In this document: in pieces, positions 19,671-31,996 of the stretch
Layout of the letters: the number at the start of each line of letters is the position of its first letter
How positions within the stretch are numbered: the stretch's first letter is position 1
Source: Candidatus Zixiibacteriota bacterium
GTDB lineage: Bacteria; RBG-13-66-14; B26-G2; WVWN01
DNA length: 64,000 nt
Direction: 5' to 3'
Assembly: GCA_050117845.1 (NCBI GenBank)
Contig: JASFLY010000006.1
Coordinates: 65,701 to 129,700 of the forward strand
The notes under the pieces: generated by a model
The model's database searches: none
What the model was told of the DNA's origin: nothing
Seen by the model: only the letters and a program-made list of their open reading frames with translations
Program-made: the position numbers and the translations under genes

Positions 19671-21704
19671 ATGGGTTTAAACTTCGAGCCTCTGGAATTC
19701 TGGTGGTGGGCCGGGGCGGCGGCCGTCCCCGCCGTGGCCGCGGCCCTTTTCGGGTGGTGGCGAGCGCGGGACTTGGCCGGGTCCGCCCGGGCTTCGCTGC
19801 TCGCGCTGTTGCGTTTGGCGGCGGTCGCCGCAATTCTCCTTTATGTATTAGGTCCGCGCTGGAACTCCGCGTCGCCCCGGCCGGCTTCGGCCCCCGTCGC
19901 CATCCTGGTCGATTCTTCGGCCTCGATGGATCTCGGCGCCGACGGCGGTACGCGCCTGGCGTCGGCGCTCGCGGCGGCGGGGGACGTGGCCCGAGCGGTC
20001 GAGGAGAGCGGCGGCGAGTACGTCGTCTACGACTTCGCCGCGGGCCACCGGCCCTGGGGGCCGCGCCTCCCGGAGGAACGGCTACTCACGGCCGAGGACG
20101 TCGCGGGGCGCAATTCCTCGGACGCCGCCGGGGCGTTGTCCGGCCTGGTGCGGTTCTACGGCCGGGAGGGCTTGGCCGCGGCGGTAGTACTCAGCGACGG
20201 CGCGTGGGGCCGGGCGCCGGGCGGGCCGTCCCTGCCTCCCTGTTATACGCTAGCGCCGGCGGGCGGCCCCCCGGAGAACGCCGTTATTATTACTGACGTC
20301 CGGGTACCGGCGGTCGTCCTTCCCGGGACGACGTTCGAAGGCCGCGTTTCATATCTCTCCACTTACGCCGACGGCGGCCGCGTCGCCGCGACGGTCGAGG
20401 AGGAGGGCGGCGCTTCGGCCGAGTACGAATTCAGCGTAAGTGCGGGTCGGGGCGAAGCCGTGATCAACGCGGTGGTCGGCGAGGCCGGCGACCAGTTTTT
20501 CCGGGCCGCCGTTTCCTCCGGCCCCGGCGAAACGTGGTTCCACGTCCGCGCGCTCGAGCGGCCGCTCCGCGTCTGGTATCGGGAGATGGCGGGAGACGCG
20601 GACTTCGCGTTCATCCGTCGGGCGCTCGAGAGCAACGCCGGTTTCGATTTGACGTACCGGCTCGACGTCGGCGACCGGGCCCTGGGCACGGCGGCCGGCG
20701 CGGCCGACGGGACGGACGTCGTCATCCTCGGCAACCCCCGCGCCGGGGAGATAACGCCGGCGGAAGGGGCGGCGCTCGAGGCGCACGTGGCCCGGGGCGG
20801 CGGCCTGCTGGTAGTCGTAAGCGCCCGGCCGGTCGACGCGTCGGCGCTCGCGTCGGGGCCGCTGGCGGGCCTACTGCCCGTCCGCGTCGGCGCGAACGTC
20901 GAGGAAGCGCCGGGCGGCCCGTTGAAGGAAGCGTCGTATCCGGGGGCGGCGGGTGTAGCCGCGACGCCGCCGGTCGCGACGCACGTGTGGCGTTTGGGCT
21001 CCTTGAAGGAGGCCGCGTCGCCGGTGTGGCTTGGTCCGGACGGCACGCCGGCGCTCGTCACGATGCCCTACGGCCTGGGCCGGGTGGCGGTGCTGGCGGC
21101 GGGCGGTTTCTACCGGAACCACCTCGCCACCGGAGGCGACGCCCTCCAAAAGTTCACGGCGGCGCTCGCGCTGGCCGGGTACGACGAGCAGGCGGAGCCG
21201 CTGGCGGTGGGCCGGCGGGTCGCGGGGCCGGGCGACGTTGTGGAAGTGGTTTGCCGCGGCGTCGGGGAACCGACGGTCGTTTGCGTCGGCCCGGGCGGCG
21301 GCGTCAAGCGCGTCGCGCTCTCGCCTGCGGCGGGAGGCCTGTGGGTCGGCGACGTCGAGATAGGGGAGCCGGGGCGCTACGAGATAACGGGCCGGATCCC
21401 GACGGCCGAGGGCGTAGAGGTTCTCAAACGGGCGGTGCTTTCGCGGCCGTCGTCGTCGGAGTACCGTGCCGTCAACGTGGACGGGGACGCCTTGCGGGCG
21501 CTCGCGGCCTCGACCGGCGGCCGCTACTTCGAGCCGGGGGACGCGGCCGGCCTGGCCGGGGCGGTCGCGGAACGCGTGCGGGAGGCGCCCCAGGTCCCGG
21601 TGCCGCTTTCCCGGGCGATATGGCCGCCGTGGCTTGCGTTCCCGGCTGCGCTGGCGTTGCTAGCGGCCGATTGGGTAATACGAAGGCGGTCGGGTTTATC
21701 GTAA
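19671..21704 (+). CDS. Membrane protein with vWA (MIDAS) and glutamine-amidotransferase-like domains
   Basis: Two N-terminal TMs, VDSSASM, LSDG, RGGGLLV, LAASTGGRY, C-terminal TM ending DWVIRRRSG. Confidence 0.75.
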   Translation: MGLNFEPLEFWWWAGAAAVPAVAAALFGWWRARDLAGSARASLLALLRLAAVAAILLYVLGPRWNSASPRPASAPVAILVDSSASMDLGADGGTRLASALAAAGDVARAVEESGGEYVVYDFAAGHRPWGPRLPEERLLTAEDVAGRNSSDAAGALSGLVRFYGREGLAAAVVLSDGAWGRAPGGPSLPPCYTLAPAGGPPENAVIITDVRVPAVVLPGTTFEGRVSYLSTYADGGRVAATVEEEGGASAEYEFSVSAGRGEAVINAVVGEAGDQFFRAAVSSGPGETWFHVRALERPLRVWYREMAGDADFAFIRRALESNAGFDLTYRLDVGDRALGTAAGAADGTDVVILGNPRAGEITPAEGAALEAHVARGGGLLVVVSARPVDASALASGPLAGLLPVRVGANVEEAPGGPLKEASYPGAAGVAATPPVATHVWRLGSLKEAASPVWLGPDGTPALVTMPYGLGRVAVLAAGGFYRNHLATGGDALQKFTAALALAGYDEQAEPLAVGRRVAGPGDVVEVVCRGVGEPTVVCVGPGGGVKRVALSPAAGGLWVGDVEIGEPGRYEITGRIPTAEGVEVLKRAVLSRPSSSEYRAVNVDGDALRALAASTGGRYFEPGDAAGLAGAVAERVREAPQVPVPLSRAIWPPWLAFPAALALLAADWVIRRRSGLS

Positions 21705-21726
21705 AAACGCGCGAGGTGGTATTTTT

Positions 21727-23154
21727 ATGAAAGAAAAAGAATACATCGTCGCTGGCGAGAAGCGGAAGTCGGAAGAGGAACTCGCGGTTTGCTGTCCGTA
21801 CGACGGCGAGATAATCGGCAAGACGTGGAACGCCGGGGCGGCCGACGTCGAGGAGGCGACGGCCGCGGCCTGGTCGTTTTTCCGAAACGGAGAAGCGCCG
21901 CCGCTTTACGAGCGGGTCGATATCTTGAAACGTTTGGGGGACCTCGTTTCCGTCCGGGCGGAGGAGCTGGCCCGGGACCTGGCGCTCGAGGCCGGCAAGA
22001 ATATTAAAGAGGCCCGGGGCGAAGTAGGCCGTTGCGCTTTTACCTGCGCTACGGCGGCGGCCGAGGCGACGCGGCTCGAGGGCGAGGTCGTCCCGTTGGA
22101 CGCGCACCCGGCGGGGAAGGGCCGCTTCGGAATCGTCCGACGTTTCGTGCGGGGGCCCGTGCTCGCGATTACGCCGTTCAATTTCCCGCTCAACCTCGTG
22201 GCCCACAAACTGGCGCCGGCGCTGGCGTGCGGCGCGCCCGTCGTAATCAAACCCGCGTCGGCGACGCCGTTGTCGGCCTTGAACCTGGTCCAGCTCGCGC
22301 TGGAGGCCGGCGCTCCCCCCGGCCAGGTGTCGGTGTTGCCGATGCCCGGCGGCCGGGCCGAGGGCCTCGTGGCCGACGACCGTTTCGCCGTCCTGACCTT
22401 CACCGGCTCGCAGGAGGTCGGCTGGGGCCTCAAGGGGAAGGCGGGCCGCAAGCTGGTTTGCCTGGAGCTCGGCGGCAACGCCGCGGTTATCGTCCACTCG
22501 GACGCCGACGTCGACTACGCCGTGGCGCGCGTCGTCGCGGGGGGATTCGGCGTCGCGGGACAGTCCTGCATATCGGTCCAACGAGTCTATATACATAAAC
22601 CGATTTACGAGCGATTCGTCAGGGACCTGTCGGAACGGGTAAACGCCCTTCGCGTGGGCCATCCGCTGGACGAAGAAGCCGACCTCGGCGGCGTCATCGA
22701 CGAGGACAACGCCGTCCGGATAGAGAGCTGGCTGGCCGACGCGGTTGCGGCGGGCGCCCGTGTCCTCTGCGGCGGCACGCGGGACGGGACGCGCGTCGCG
22801 CCGACGGTGGTTGAGAATTGCCCGGCGGACGCGGCGCTCAACCGGCGGGAGGCGTTCGCGCCCGTGGTTTTGGTAGAGCCGTATGAGGATTTCGCCGACG
22901 CGGCGGCCGCGGCCGACGATTCCCGTTACGGCCTGCAGGCGGGCGTATTCACGCGCGACGCGGGACGCATCCGCTACGCGTACGAACACCTCATGGCTGG
23001 CGCGGTCGTCGCCGGCGACGTTCCGACCTTCCGCGTCGACCACATGCCGTACGGCGGGGCCAAGGAATCGGGGATAGGCCGGGAAGGGCCGCGTTACGCC
23101 ATAGAGGAGTATACCGAACCGCGCATGCTCGTGGTGGGCGATTTCGGTTTATAG
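21727..23154 (+). CDS. Aldehyde dehydrogenase family protein
   Basis: ITPFNFPLN, FTGS, LELGGN, GQSC, EAFAPV. Confidence 0.95.
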   Translation: MKEKEYIVAGEKRKSEEELAVCCPYDGEIIGKTWNAGAADVEEATAAAWSFFRNGEAPPLYERVDILKRLGDLVSVRAEELARDLALEAGKNIKEARGEVGRCAFTCATAAAEATRLEGEVVPLDAHPAGKGRFGIVRRFVRGPVLAITPFNFPLNLVAHKLAPALACGAPVVIKPASATPLSALNLVQLALEAGAPPGQVSVLPMPGGRAEGLVADDRFAVLTFTGSQEVGWGLKGKAGRKLVCLELGGNAAVIVHSDADVDYAVARVVAGGFGVAGQSCISVQRVYIHKPIYERFVRDLSERVNALRVGHPLDEEADLGGVIDEDNAVRIESWLADAVAAGARVLCGGTRDGTRVAPTVVENCPADAALNRREAFAPVVLVEPYEDFADAAAAADDSRYGLQAGVFTRDAGRIRYAYEHLMAGAVVAGDVPTFRVDHMPYGGAKESGIGREGPRYAIEEYTEPRMLVVGDFGL

Positions 23155-23173
23155 CGACGGGGACGTCGGGCGG

Positions 23174-23662
23174 TTAATCGCGGCGCGCCGGCATCAGTCG
23201 CCAGTAGAAGAAAAGTAGCGGGAACGCCGCAACGGCGGTAGCCGCGGCGCCGAGGCCCCACTGCCCGACGACGTGCCAACCGAAGGAGACCGGCCCGGCG
23301 GCGATGGCGACGAGGATAAAGCTGAGGATTTGTTTGATGATTACCGCGCCGGTCGCGAAGGCCGCCGGGGCGAGTAGGCTGCCCTCGTATATCTGGCCGC
23401 GGAAGTACGAGAACACGGCACCCGAAACGGTTCCGATGAGGGCCCCCAGGCCGACGGGCCCCCAGCCGAAGAGGTCGGAGGCGAGGCCGAGGACGAAGCC
23501 GCACACCACGGCCGTGACGCCGCCGCGGGCGAGCGCTATGTATACCACCGTAATGAGAGTGAGGTCCGGGACGAGCGCGTCCGGTAGAATGCGGGGCACG
23601 AGCGCGTGGTGCAGATACACCACCGTGGCCACGACTACGACGTATCGGATTAAGGTTCGCAC
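23174..23662 (-). CDS. mreD: Rod shape-determining protein MreD
   Basis: PDL.LI.VVY, GF..GL..D, G.GAL pattern; 162-aa polytopic membrane protein. Confidence 0.75.
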   Translation of the reverse strand: MRTLIRYVVVVATVVYLHHALVPRILPDALVPDLTLITVVYIALARGGVTAVVCGFVLGLASDLFGWGPVGLGALIGTVSGAVFSYFRGQIYEGSLLAPAAFATGAVIIKQILSFILVAIAAGPVSFGWHVVGQWGLGAAATAVAAFPLLFFYWRLMPARRD

Positions 23663-23735
23663 CGGCGCCCGGGGAAGGAGTTTAAGACCGTTTCGCCTAT
23701 ACTAGCAATATCTCGGCTCAAACGCAATAACTACG

Positions 23736-23764
23736 AAAAAAGGGAGCGTGTCCAACGCTCCCTT
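23736..23764 (-). terminator. Intrinsic terminator
   Basis: AAGGGAGCGT/ACGCTCCCTT stem with a U-run on the minus strand. Confidence 0.7.
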
Positions 23765-23782
23765 CGTCGTTCGTAATAGCCT

Positions 23783-24343
23783 TTACAAAAGGCCGGCGAC
23801 GGTGTTGGACAGGTTGCCCGCCGATTCGACGAGCGCCGGCGCGTCGGCCGTAATCCCCTCGAGGGCGGTTTTGCCGTTCTCGAGTTGGTCTTTTTTATCT
23901 TTTAAGTCTTTCGCGGCCAAGGGGTTTTTCGTTATCTGGTCCGCGAGGTCGGTCAACGCCGTCGGGATTTCAGCGACGAGCGTGGTGGCGTTTTCTACGG
24001 CGCCGTTAATGTCGTCGGGGAGTGTCGCCAGCAATTCGGCCTGGGCCTGGAGATTGGCCTTGTCCTCGTCGGTGACGGCGCTTTTGAGTTCCGCGACTTT
24101 GGCCGGATCGCTGAAGAGGTCGGCGATGCCGTGCGCTTCGGCGATACCCGAAATGGTCGCTTCGGCGGAGTCGATTTTGGTTTTCGCCGCTTCCACCGAA
24201 TTGGATACTTCGTCAATCTTCGCGATGAGTTCGTCGAACTTTTTCGTGTCGACCTTGCCGCCGCCGGTGGGCAGGCCGATGGCGGAAGCCGCCACCGCCG
24301 TTACCAGCAGGGCCGCGCACGTCAGTACGAGATACTTCTTCAT
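23783..24343 (-). CDS. Secreted helical hypothetical protein
   Basis: AGGAGG SD, signal peptide, amphipathic helices. Confidence 0.75.
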   Translation of the reverse strand: MKKYLVLTCAALLVTAVAASAIGLPTGGGKVDTKKFDELIAKIDEVSNSVEAAKTKIDSAEATISGIAEAHGIADLFSDPAKVAELKSAVTDEDKANLQAQAELLATLPDDINGAVENATTLVAEIPTALTDLADQITKNPLAAKDLKDKKDQLENGKTALEGITADAPALVESAGNLSNTVAGLL

Positions 24344-24384
24344 GAGTGCCTCCTTGAATGGGATAAATTTAGACCGTGTAGCGC

Positions 24385-24413
24385 ATTCTAAGAATAACGC
24401 GGCCCAATGTCAA
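24385..24413 (-). promoter_or_regulatory. sigma70-type promoter
   Basis: TTGACA-17 bp-TAGAAT. Confidence 0.75.
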
Positions 24414-24420
24414 GGCCTTC

Positions 24421-25428
24421 TTATTTCGTCGGGGCGCCGATGCGCCGGGCCCCTTCGGCGTCGGCGGGCCGGGCCGGTATCGTCCCCGCGTCCCCGGTGA
24501 CCGTCCACACGCGGGCTTGGCCGTCCTCCCGGTCCCGGGCGTCCGAGTGCCGGAGCGTGAGGGCGGCCGCGGCGGGCCAGTCCTCCCGTGCCCCGGGCCG
24601 GAGGAGCGTGACCGGGCTCCCGGCGTTCAGTATCTCGAAGGCGGCGTCTCCCGGGGCCAGTTGGTCCAGTATGCGTTCGTTATCTTCCCGGTTTCTTCCC
24701 ACCACGGCCTTGGCCCCGGAGGGCAGTCGGTACTGGCGGCCGAGTTTCAATAATATTATGTCATCGATACCGGCGTCGCCGTGGGCGAACGCGTCGTCGA
24801 GGCGGGCCGCGAATTCCCGGTCCGTCAGGAGGCAGCCGCCGGCGGGAGAGGTATACTCCCCGAGGCCGTACTCCTCGGCCATCGCAAGCTGGCGTTTGCG
24901 CGTCCGGCCTTCGATGTCGAGGAGGCGGGAGCGGTCCACCCGGCCCTCCTCTTCGACGAGCGTCGGCGGCAGGAGTTTGGCCGAAAGGGGCCGGAGTAAC
25001 CGGCCGGCCAGCCCCGATTCCCGCTCGATTATCTCCAGTTGTCCCCGGTGCTGGGACATGGGACGCTGGCCCACGACTTCCCCCGTGAAGCAGAACGCGG
25101 CGCCCCGCTGTCGCATCAGTTCGGCGGCGCGGCGCAGCATATAGATATGGCAGTCGATGCAGGGATTGAGGGCGGTCCCGTGGCCGAAGCGGGGCCGGCG
25201 GATCAATTCCATGTAATCGTCCCCGGCCTCGGCCGTGACGAGCTCTACGCCGAGCTCGGCGGCGGACCGGCCCGCGGCTTCCCCGGCGCCGGAACCGCCG
25301 TGGAACGGCGTGAGGAGGTTGAAGCCGACAACCTCGATGCCCTGTTCCAGGACCAGTTTGACGGCGAGGGCGCTATCCAGGCCGCCGGACACGAGGCCCA
25401 CGGCCAGCGTTGCGGGGCGGGGAGACAT
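24421..25428 (-). CDS. PP-loop tRNA sulfurtransferase (ThiI/MnmA-like)
   Basis: SGGLDS, NPCIDCH, TGEVVGQRPMSQ, PAGGCLLTD. Confidence 0.85.
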   Translation of the reverse strand: MSPRPATLAVGLVSGGLDSALAVKLVLEQGIEVVGFNLLTPFHGGSGAGEAAGRSAAELGVELVTAEAGDDYMELIRRPRFGHGTALNPCIDCHIYMLRRAAELMRQRGAAFCFTGEVVGQRPMSQHRGQLEIIERESGLAGRLLRPLSAKLLPPTLVEEEGRVDRSRLLDIEGRTRKRQLAMAEEYGLGEYTSPAGGCLLTDREFAARLDDAFAHGDAGIDDIILLKLGRQYRLPSGAKAVVGRNREDNERILDQLAPGDAAFEILNAGSPVTLLRPGAREDWPAAAALTLRHSDARDREDGQARVWTVTGDAGTIPARPADAEGARRIGAPTK

Positions 25429-25798
25429 TACGGCGTAACGGGGGTTTCGGGGTCCTCTTCGGCGGTTCCCGCTTCTTCGTCCTTCTCCACGAAGCGATAA
25501 ACGGTCTCGCCCTCTTTGACCAGGCCGAGTTCTTCCCGGGCGATTTTCTCTACGGCTTCGGGGTCGTCGAGGCGCTCGAGTTCCTCCCGGAGGAGCGCGT
25601 TCTCGTGGCGCAATTCCTCCACTTCGGTGGAGAGGCGTGCGTTGTCGCGGGCGAGTTCGCGCCGGCGGAGGTAGCCGTGGCGGCTGAAGACGAAGACGTA
25701 AACGAGCAAGCCGAAGAGCAGCGCGGCGGCAACGGATATCGCGATTATCCGCCGCCGCCGGGATTTAGTAACGTGAACGGTTTCGCCGCGCCGGGACA

Positions 25799-25799
<1 letters not shown>
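25428..25799 (-). CDS. ftsB: Septum formation initiator FtsB/DivIC
   Basis: TM + coiled coil + EKIAREELGLVKEGE; conserved eno-ftsB linkage. Confidence 0.88.
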
Positions 25800-27109
<1,310 letters not shown>

Positions 27110-27247
27110 TTAACACCCGCCCGGCGAAAAATCCAGAATAAGAAAACGGGGCGGGAACCGGTGGGGCCGGCATTACCGTCGGCCGGATGGCGAAAAAAAC
27201 GGGTGGCCCGAAGGCCACCCGCGAATCGCTTTTGGCGATATGGGTAA

Positions 27248-27610
27248 TTACAGCTTCATCAGTTCTTCGACCGCTTTTTCCGGGGCGATGAACGTGACGT
27301 TGGCGCCGCAGTCGCCCATAAGCTCTTTGGCCTTGGCCGCGTCCTCTTCCGGTACGAGAACGAAAACGGGTATGGCGTGGATGGCGCAGGGTTTGAGCAG
27401 GTCGGAGGCGCATACGTTCGAGCCTTCGAGCGGCAGGAATTTATGGAAGTACCCGACGACGGCCTCAATGCCGTCCGAGGGGTTGATGTAACCGAGGTAG
27501 CGTCCGACGTTATCGTAGCCGTTGCCCAGGGGGGCGGTCTCGACGCCGGCGACCGCGATTTTGGTTAGGATTTGCGGGTCCGTGCCGTCCATGTATCCGA
27601 GCTTTTTCAT
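27248..27610 (-). CDS. Hypothetical protein downstream of gdhA
   Basis: GGGAG SD, host-like codon usage, followed by a hairpin at 27200-27221. Confidence 0.7.
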   Translation of the reverse strand: MKKLGYMDGTDPQILTKIAVAGVETAPLGNGYDNVGRYLGYINPSDGIEAVVGYFHKFLPLEGSNVCASDLLKPCAIHAIPVFVLVPEEDAAKAKELMGDCGANVTFIAPEKAVEELMKL

Positions 27611-27652
27611 TTCGTACTCCCTTCTATCTCGTCTATATCGGAGCCGGTCCGG

Positions 27653-29083
<1,431 letters not shown>

Positions 29084-29126
29084 TTAAAAGCCGCCGGGCG
29101 GCGCTTAACCGTGAAATAGGGACGAA

Positions 29127-29155
29127 ATATTACGAAGGGGTCCGGGGAAAGTCAA
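29127..29155 (-). promoter_or_regulatory. sigma70-type promoter of gdhA
   Basis: TTGACT-17 bp-TAATAT. Confidence 0.65.
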
Positions 29156-29173
29156 GCGTTTTTTGGGTAATTT

Positions 29174-30070
29174 TTAACCGCTACCGCCCCGGCAAGCGGT
29201 TATTTTGTACTCGGCCAGTTCCCGGACGGCGTCCCGGCCGGCGCCGAGTATTAATTTCGGGTCAAGGGCGGCCGCGTCGCCTTGGAGGTATCGGCGCACG
29301 GCGCCCACGAACGCGATGCGCAGGTCGGTGTCGACGTTGACCTTCGCGACGCCGCGGGCGACGGCCTGGCTCAAAAGTTCGTCCGAGAGGCCGCGGGCCT
29401 CGGGTAGGTGTCCCCCGGCCGCCTCGAGCGCGGCGACGGCGTCCGCGTATACCGCCGAAGCGCCGTGCAGGACCAACGGCACCGACGTGGCCTCGGCTAT
29501 GGCCTCCAGCCGTTCGGCGTCGATGTAGGGGTCGCCGGGGAACTTATAAGCGCCGTGGCTCGTGCCGACGGCTACGGCGAGGGAGCCGACGCCGGTCGCT
29601 TCCGCGAAGCGCGCAGCCTCGTCCGGCTCGGTGAACAAGCCCCGGTCGTGCCCCTTGGCCACGTGGCCGAGTTCGCCTTCGACCGGGACGCCGCGGGGCC
29701 CGAACTCCTCCACCGCCGCCCGGACGAAGGCGACGTTCTCCTCGTACGGCAGTTTGGAGCCGTCCACCATAACGGAGTTGAAGCCGAGGGCGACGGCGCG
29801 ACGGGCGGCGTCGAGGCTCGAGCCGTGGTCCAAGTGGAGGACTCCCGGGATGGCCGCCGCGTCGACGGTCTCCCGCGCCATACGGACGAAGGCGTCGCCG
29901 GCGTAGGCTATGGCCGACTCCGACATCGCGACGAAGACCGGCGCGTTTTTGGCTTCGGCCGCGGCGACGACGGCCTGCAGGAACTCGAGGTCGTTTACGT
30001 TGAAGGCCGGGACGGCGTACCCGGCCGCCCGGGCGGCCCGGAGTATTTCGTTTGCGTCGGCGAGGGGCAT
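29174..30070 (-). CDS. fba: Class II fructose-bisphosphate aldolase
   Basis: HLDHG, VEGELG, GTSHGAYK, LVLHGAS, KVNVDTD. Confidence 0.93.
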   Translation of the reverse strand: MPLADANEILRAARAAGYAVPAFNVNDLEFLQAVVAAAEAKNAPVFVAMSESAIAYAGDAFVRMARETVDAAAIPGVLHLDHGSSLDAARRAVALGFNSVMVDGSKLPYEENVAFVRAAVEEFGPRGVPVEGELGHVAKGHDRGLFTEPDEAARFAEATGVGSLAVAVGTSHGAYKFPGDPYIDAERLEAIAEATSVPLVLHGASAVYADAVAALEAAGGHLPEARGLSDELLSQAVARGVAKVNVDTDLRIAFVGAVRRYLQGDAAALDPKLILGAGRDAVRELAEYKITACRGGSG

Positions 30071-30289
30071 AATTTACCTCTTTCGTTAAAAATAGGGGCG
30101 GTAATAATTAGCATAGAGACGGGAGTTAAGCAAGTGTTTCGGTCGCATAACGCAGATATTCGCGGGCAGCGAAACTTGTCGAGGGTAGGTATTTCTGATA
30201 GAATTTTATTCAAGGAGCGCATCATCGAGCAACGGGTCGGCAAGAGACCTACGGCTTAATACCGACGAGAGTGAAGAGGAGGCAGGAAA

Positions 30290-31927
30290 ATGAAGGGAGT
30301 AATTTGCGGTTTCCTGGTTTGCGTGTCGGCGGCGGGAGCGCTGGTATGGCAAACGGAAACGGTGGATAGTTCCAACGGAGCCGGGTGGAACCCATCTGCG
30401 GCCGTGGATAACGCCGGCCGGCCTTGTATAAGTTACGGGTATAGCCCTTTCGTATCGTCGAAGCCGGTGAAGTTTTGCCGCCGGGAAGGGACTAATTGGG
30501 CCATTGAAACCGTAGACGACAGCGCCGATTTCGTCGGATGCGAAACGGCGTTAGCTTTCGACGACCAGGGATATCCGTCGGTTGTGTATACTTGCTATGA
30601 CGAAGGAGACCGGGTAAAGTTCGCTGCCAAGACGGGATCCCAGTGGGATACGTCCTTCGTGTGGTCGACCTCGACCGAAGCCTTGCGGGCCGACTTGGAC
30701 ATCGACGACGAAGGCGTTCCCCATGTAGTTTACGAAGAGACGGACTTTTTCGAATTGACTTACTGCTACCGTGACGGCGGCACTTGGCATAAGACTATTT
30801 TGTACAACTCGGCGGCCAACCCGGCCGTCGATTCGAAGATAGTAGTCGAAGATTCCGGCCGGCGGCACGTGGCTTTTTCCGTGGATTATACCCAGGGATT
30901 GAGGTACGCGACCTCCGACGGAGGGTCCTGGGACATCGAAACGGTACCTACCACCGGCGACGCGTTTACCATCGGTTTCGATTTGGACGGCGCCGGGCGG
31001 CCCCATATCTGCTACGCGTACGACGATAACGAGATAAGGTACGTTTTCTGGGACGGCAACGCCTGGGTTAACGAGGACGTCGCGACCTGCGCCGAAGGCG
31101 ACATACTCGGCGCTCCGTCCCTGGCGATCGACGACGGCGGTTACGTCTGGGTCGCTTATCAGCATCTTTCGGGAACGCCGACGAAAACCGGCGATTTATA
31201 TTGCGCGTGGCGGGCCCCCGGCGGCGGGTGGACGTCCGAGCTCGTCGACGACGCCGGCGACGTCGGCCTTGGGACCTCCGTCGCGGCAGGACCCGACGGT
31301 TTCGTGGGTATCGCGTATTACGAAGTCGTCAGTTCTTTTTCCGGAAGACTCAAGTTTGCGTGGACGGACTCCGACATCCCGGTGGAACTGGCCTATTTCC
31401 GGGCGGCCCCGGCCGACGGGGGAATCGATCTCGCATGGTCGCTCTCGGCCCCCGACCCCGCGATTCGCGGCTTCAACCTCTACCGCCGGCCGGCGGGCAC
31501 CGATTCCGCGTGGAAGCCTCTCAACCGGGCGCTCATCACCGGCGCTACGCCCTACAGCTTCCGTGACGGCTCCCTCGCGCCGGGCCGGTACGAATACCGG
31601 CTGGACGCCGTTAAAGGGAGTACGACCGAGGCCCTGGGCAACACTTGCGGGACGCTGGGCGCCGCCAGGGTCGTCGCCGCGTTTTCGTGCTACCCCAATC
31701 CCGCGCGGACCCGGGCGACGGTAGCTTTCGAGTTGGGTAAGGCCGAAGACGTATCGTTGGCCGTTTACGACGTCGCCGGCCGGAAAGTGCGAAATCTGGC
31801 CGACGGCCGGATAGAGGCCGGTCCCCACGAGTTCGAACTGGCCGGCCTGACCCCGGGACTGTACGTCACCCGGCTGACCGCCGGCGACTGCGCCGTAACC
31901 AAACGTATAGTATGGGTGGACCGGTAA
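30290..31927 (+). CDS. Secreted beta-propeller protein with T9SS type-A-like C-terminal domain
   Basis: Signal peptide, W.xETVD repeats, PVEL..F, YPNP...YDVAGRKV...GLYVTRL...TKRIV. Confidence 0.82.
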   Translation: MKGVICGFLVCVSAAGALVWQTETVDSSNGAGWNPSAAVDNAGRPCISYGYSPFVSSKPVKFCRREGTNWAIETVDDSADFVGCETALAFDDQGYPSVVYTCYDEGDRVKFAAKTGSQWDTSFVWSTSTEALRADLDIDDEGVPHVVYEETDFFELTYCYRDGGTWHKTILYNSAANPAVDSKIVVEDSGRRHVAFSVDYTQGLRYATSDGGSWDIETVPTTGDAFTIGFDLDGAGRPHICYAYDDNEIRYVFWDGNAWVNEDVATCAEGDILGAPSLAIDDGGYVWVAYQHLSGTPTKTGDLYCAWRAPGGGWTSELVDDAGDVGLGTSVAAGPDGFVGIAYYEVVSSFSGRLKFAWTDSDIPVELAYFRAAPADGGIDLAWSLSAPDPAIRGFNLYRRPAGTDSAWKPLNRALITGATPYSFRDGSLAPGRYEYRLDAVKGSTTEALGNTCGTLGAARVVAAFSCYPNPARTRATVAFELGKAEDVSLAVYDVAGRKVRNLADGRIEAGPHEFELAGLTPGLYVTRLTAGDCAVTKRIVWVDR

Positions 31928-31964
31928 AACCGGATTTAGCGGCGGAGACAGGAAGAGCGTGCGT

Positions 31965-31995
31965 AAAAAAGCGGCCCTCTCGGGCCGCTTTCTTT
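31965..31995. terminator. Bidirectional terminator
   Basis: AAAAAA-GCGGCCC-TCTC-GGGCCGC-TTTC between convergent genes. Confidence 0.75.
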
Positions 31996-31996
31996 A

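Noticed and set aside
30120..30270. Riboswitch upstream of the T9SS-like protein
   Set aside because: Only weak stems and no recognisable aptamer consensus
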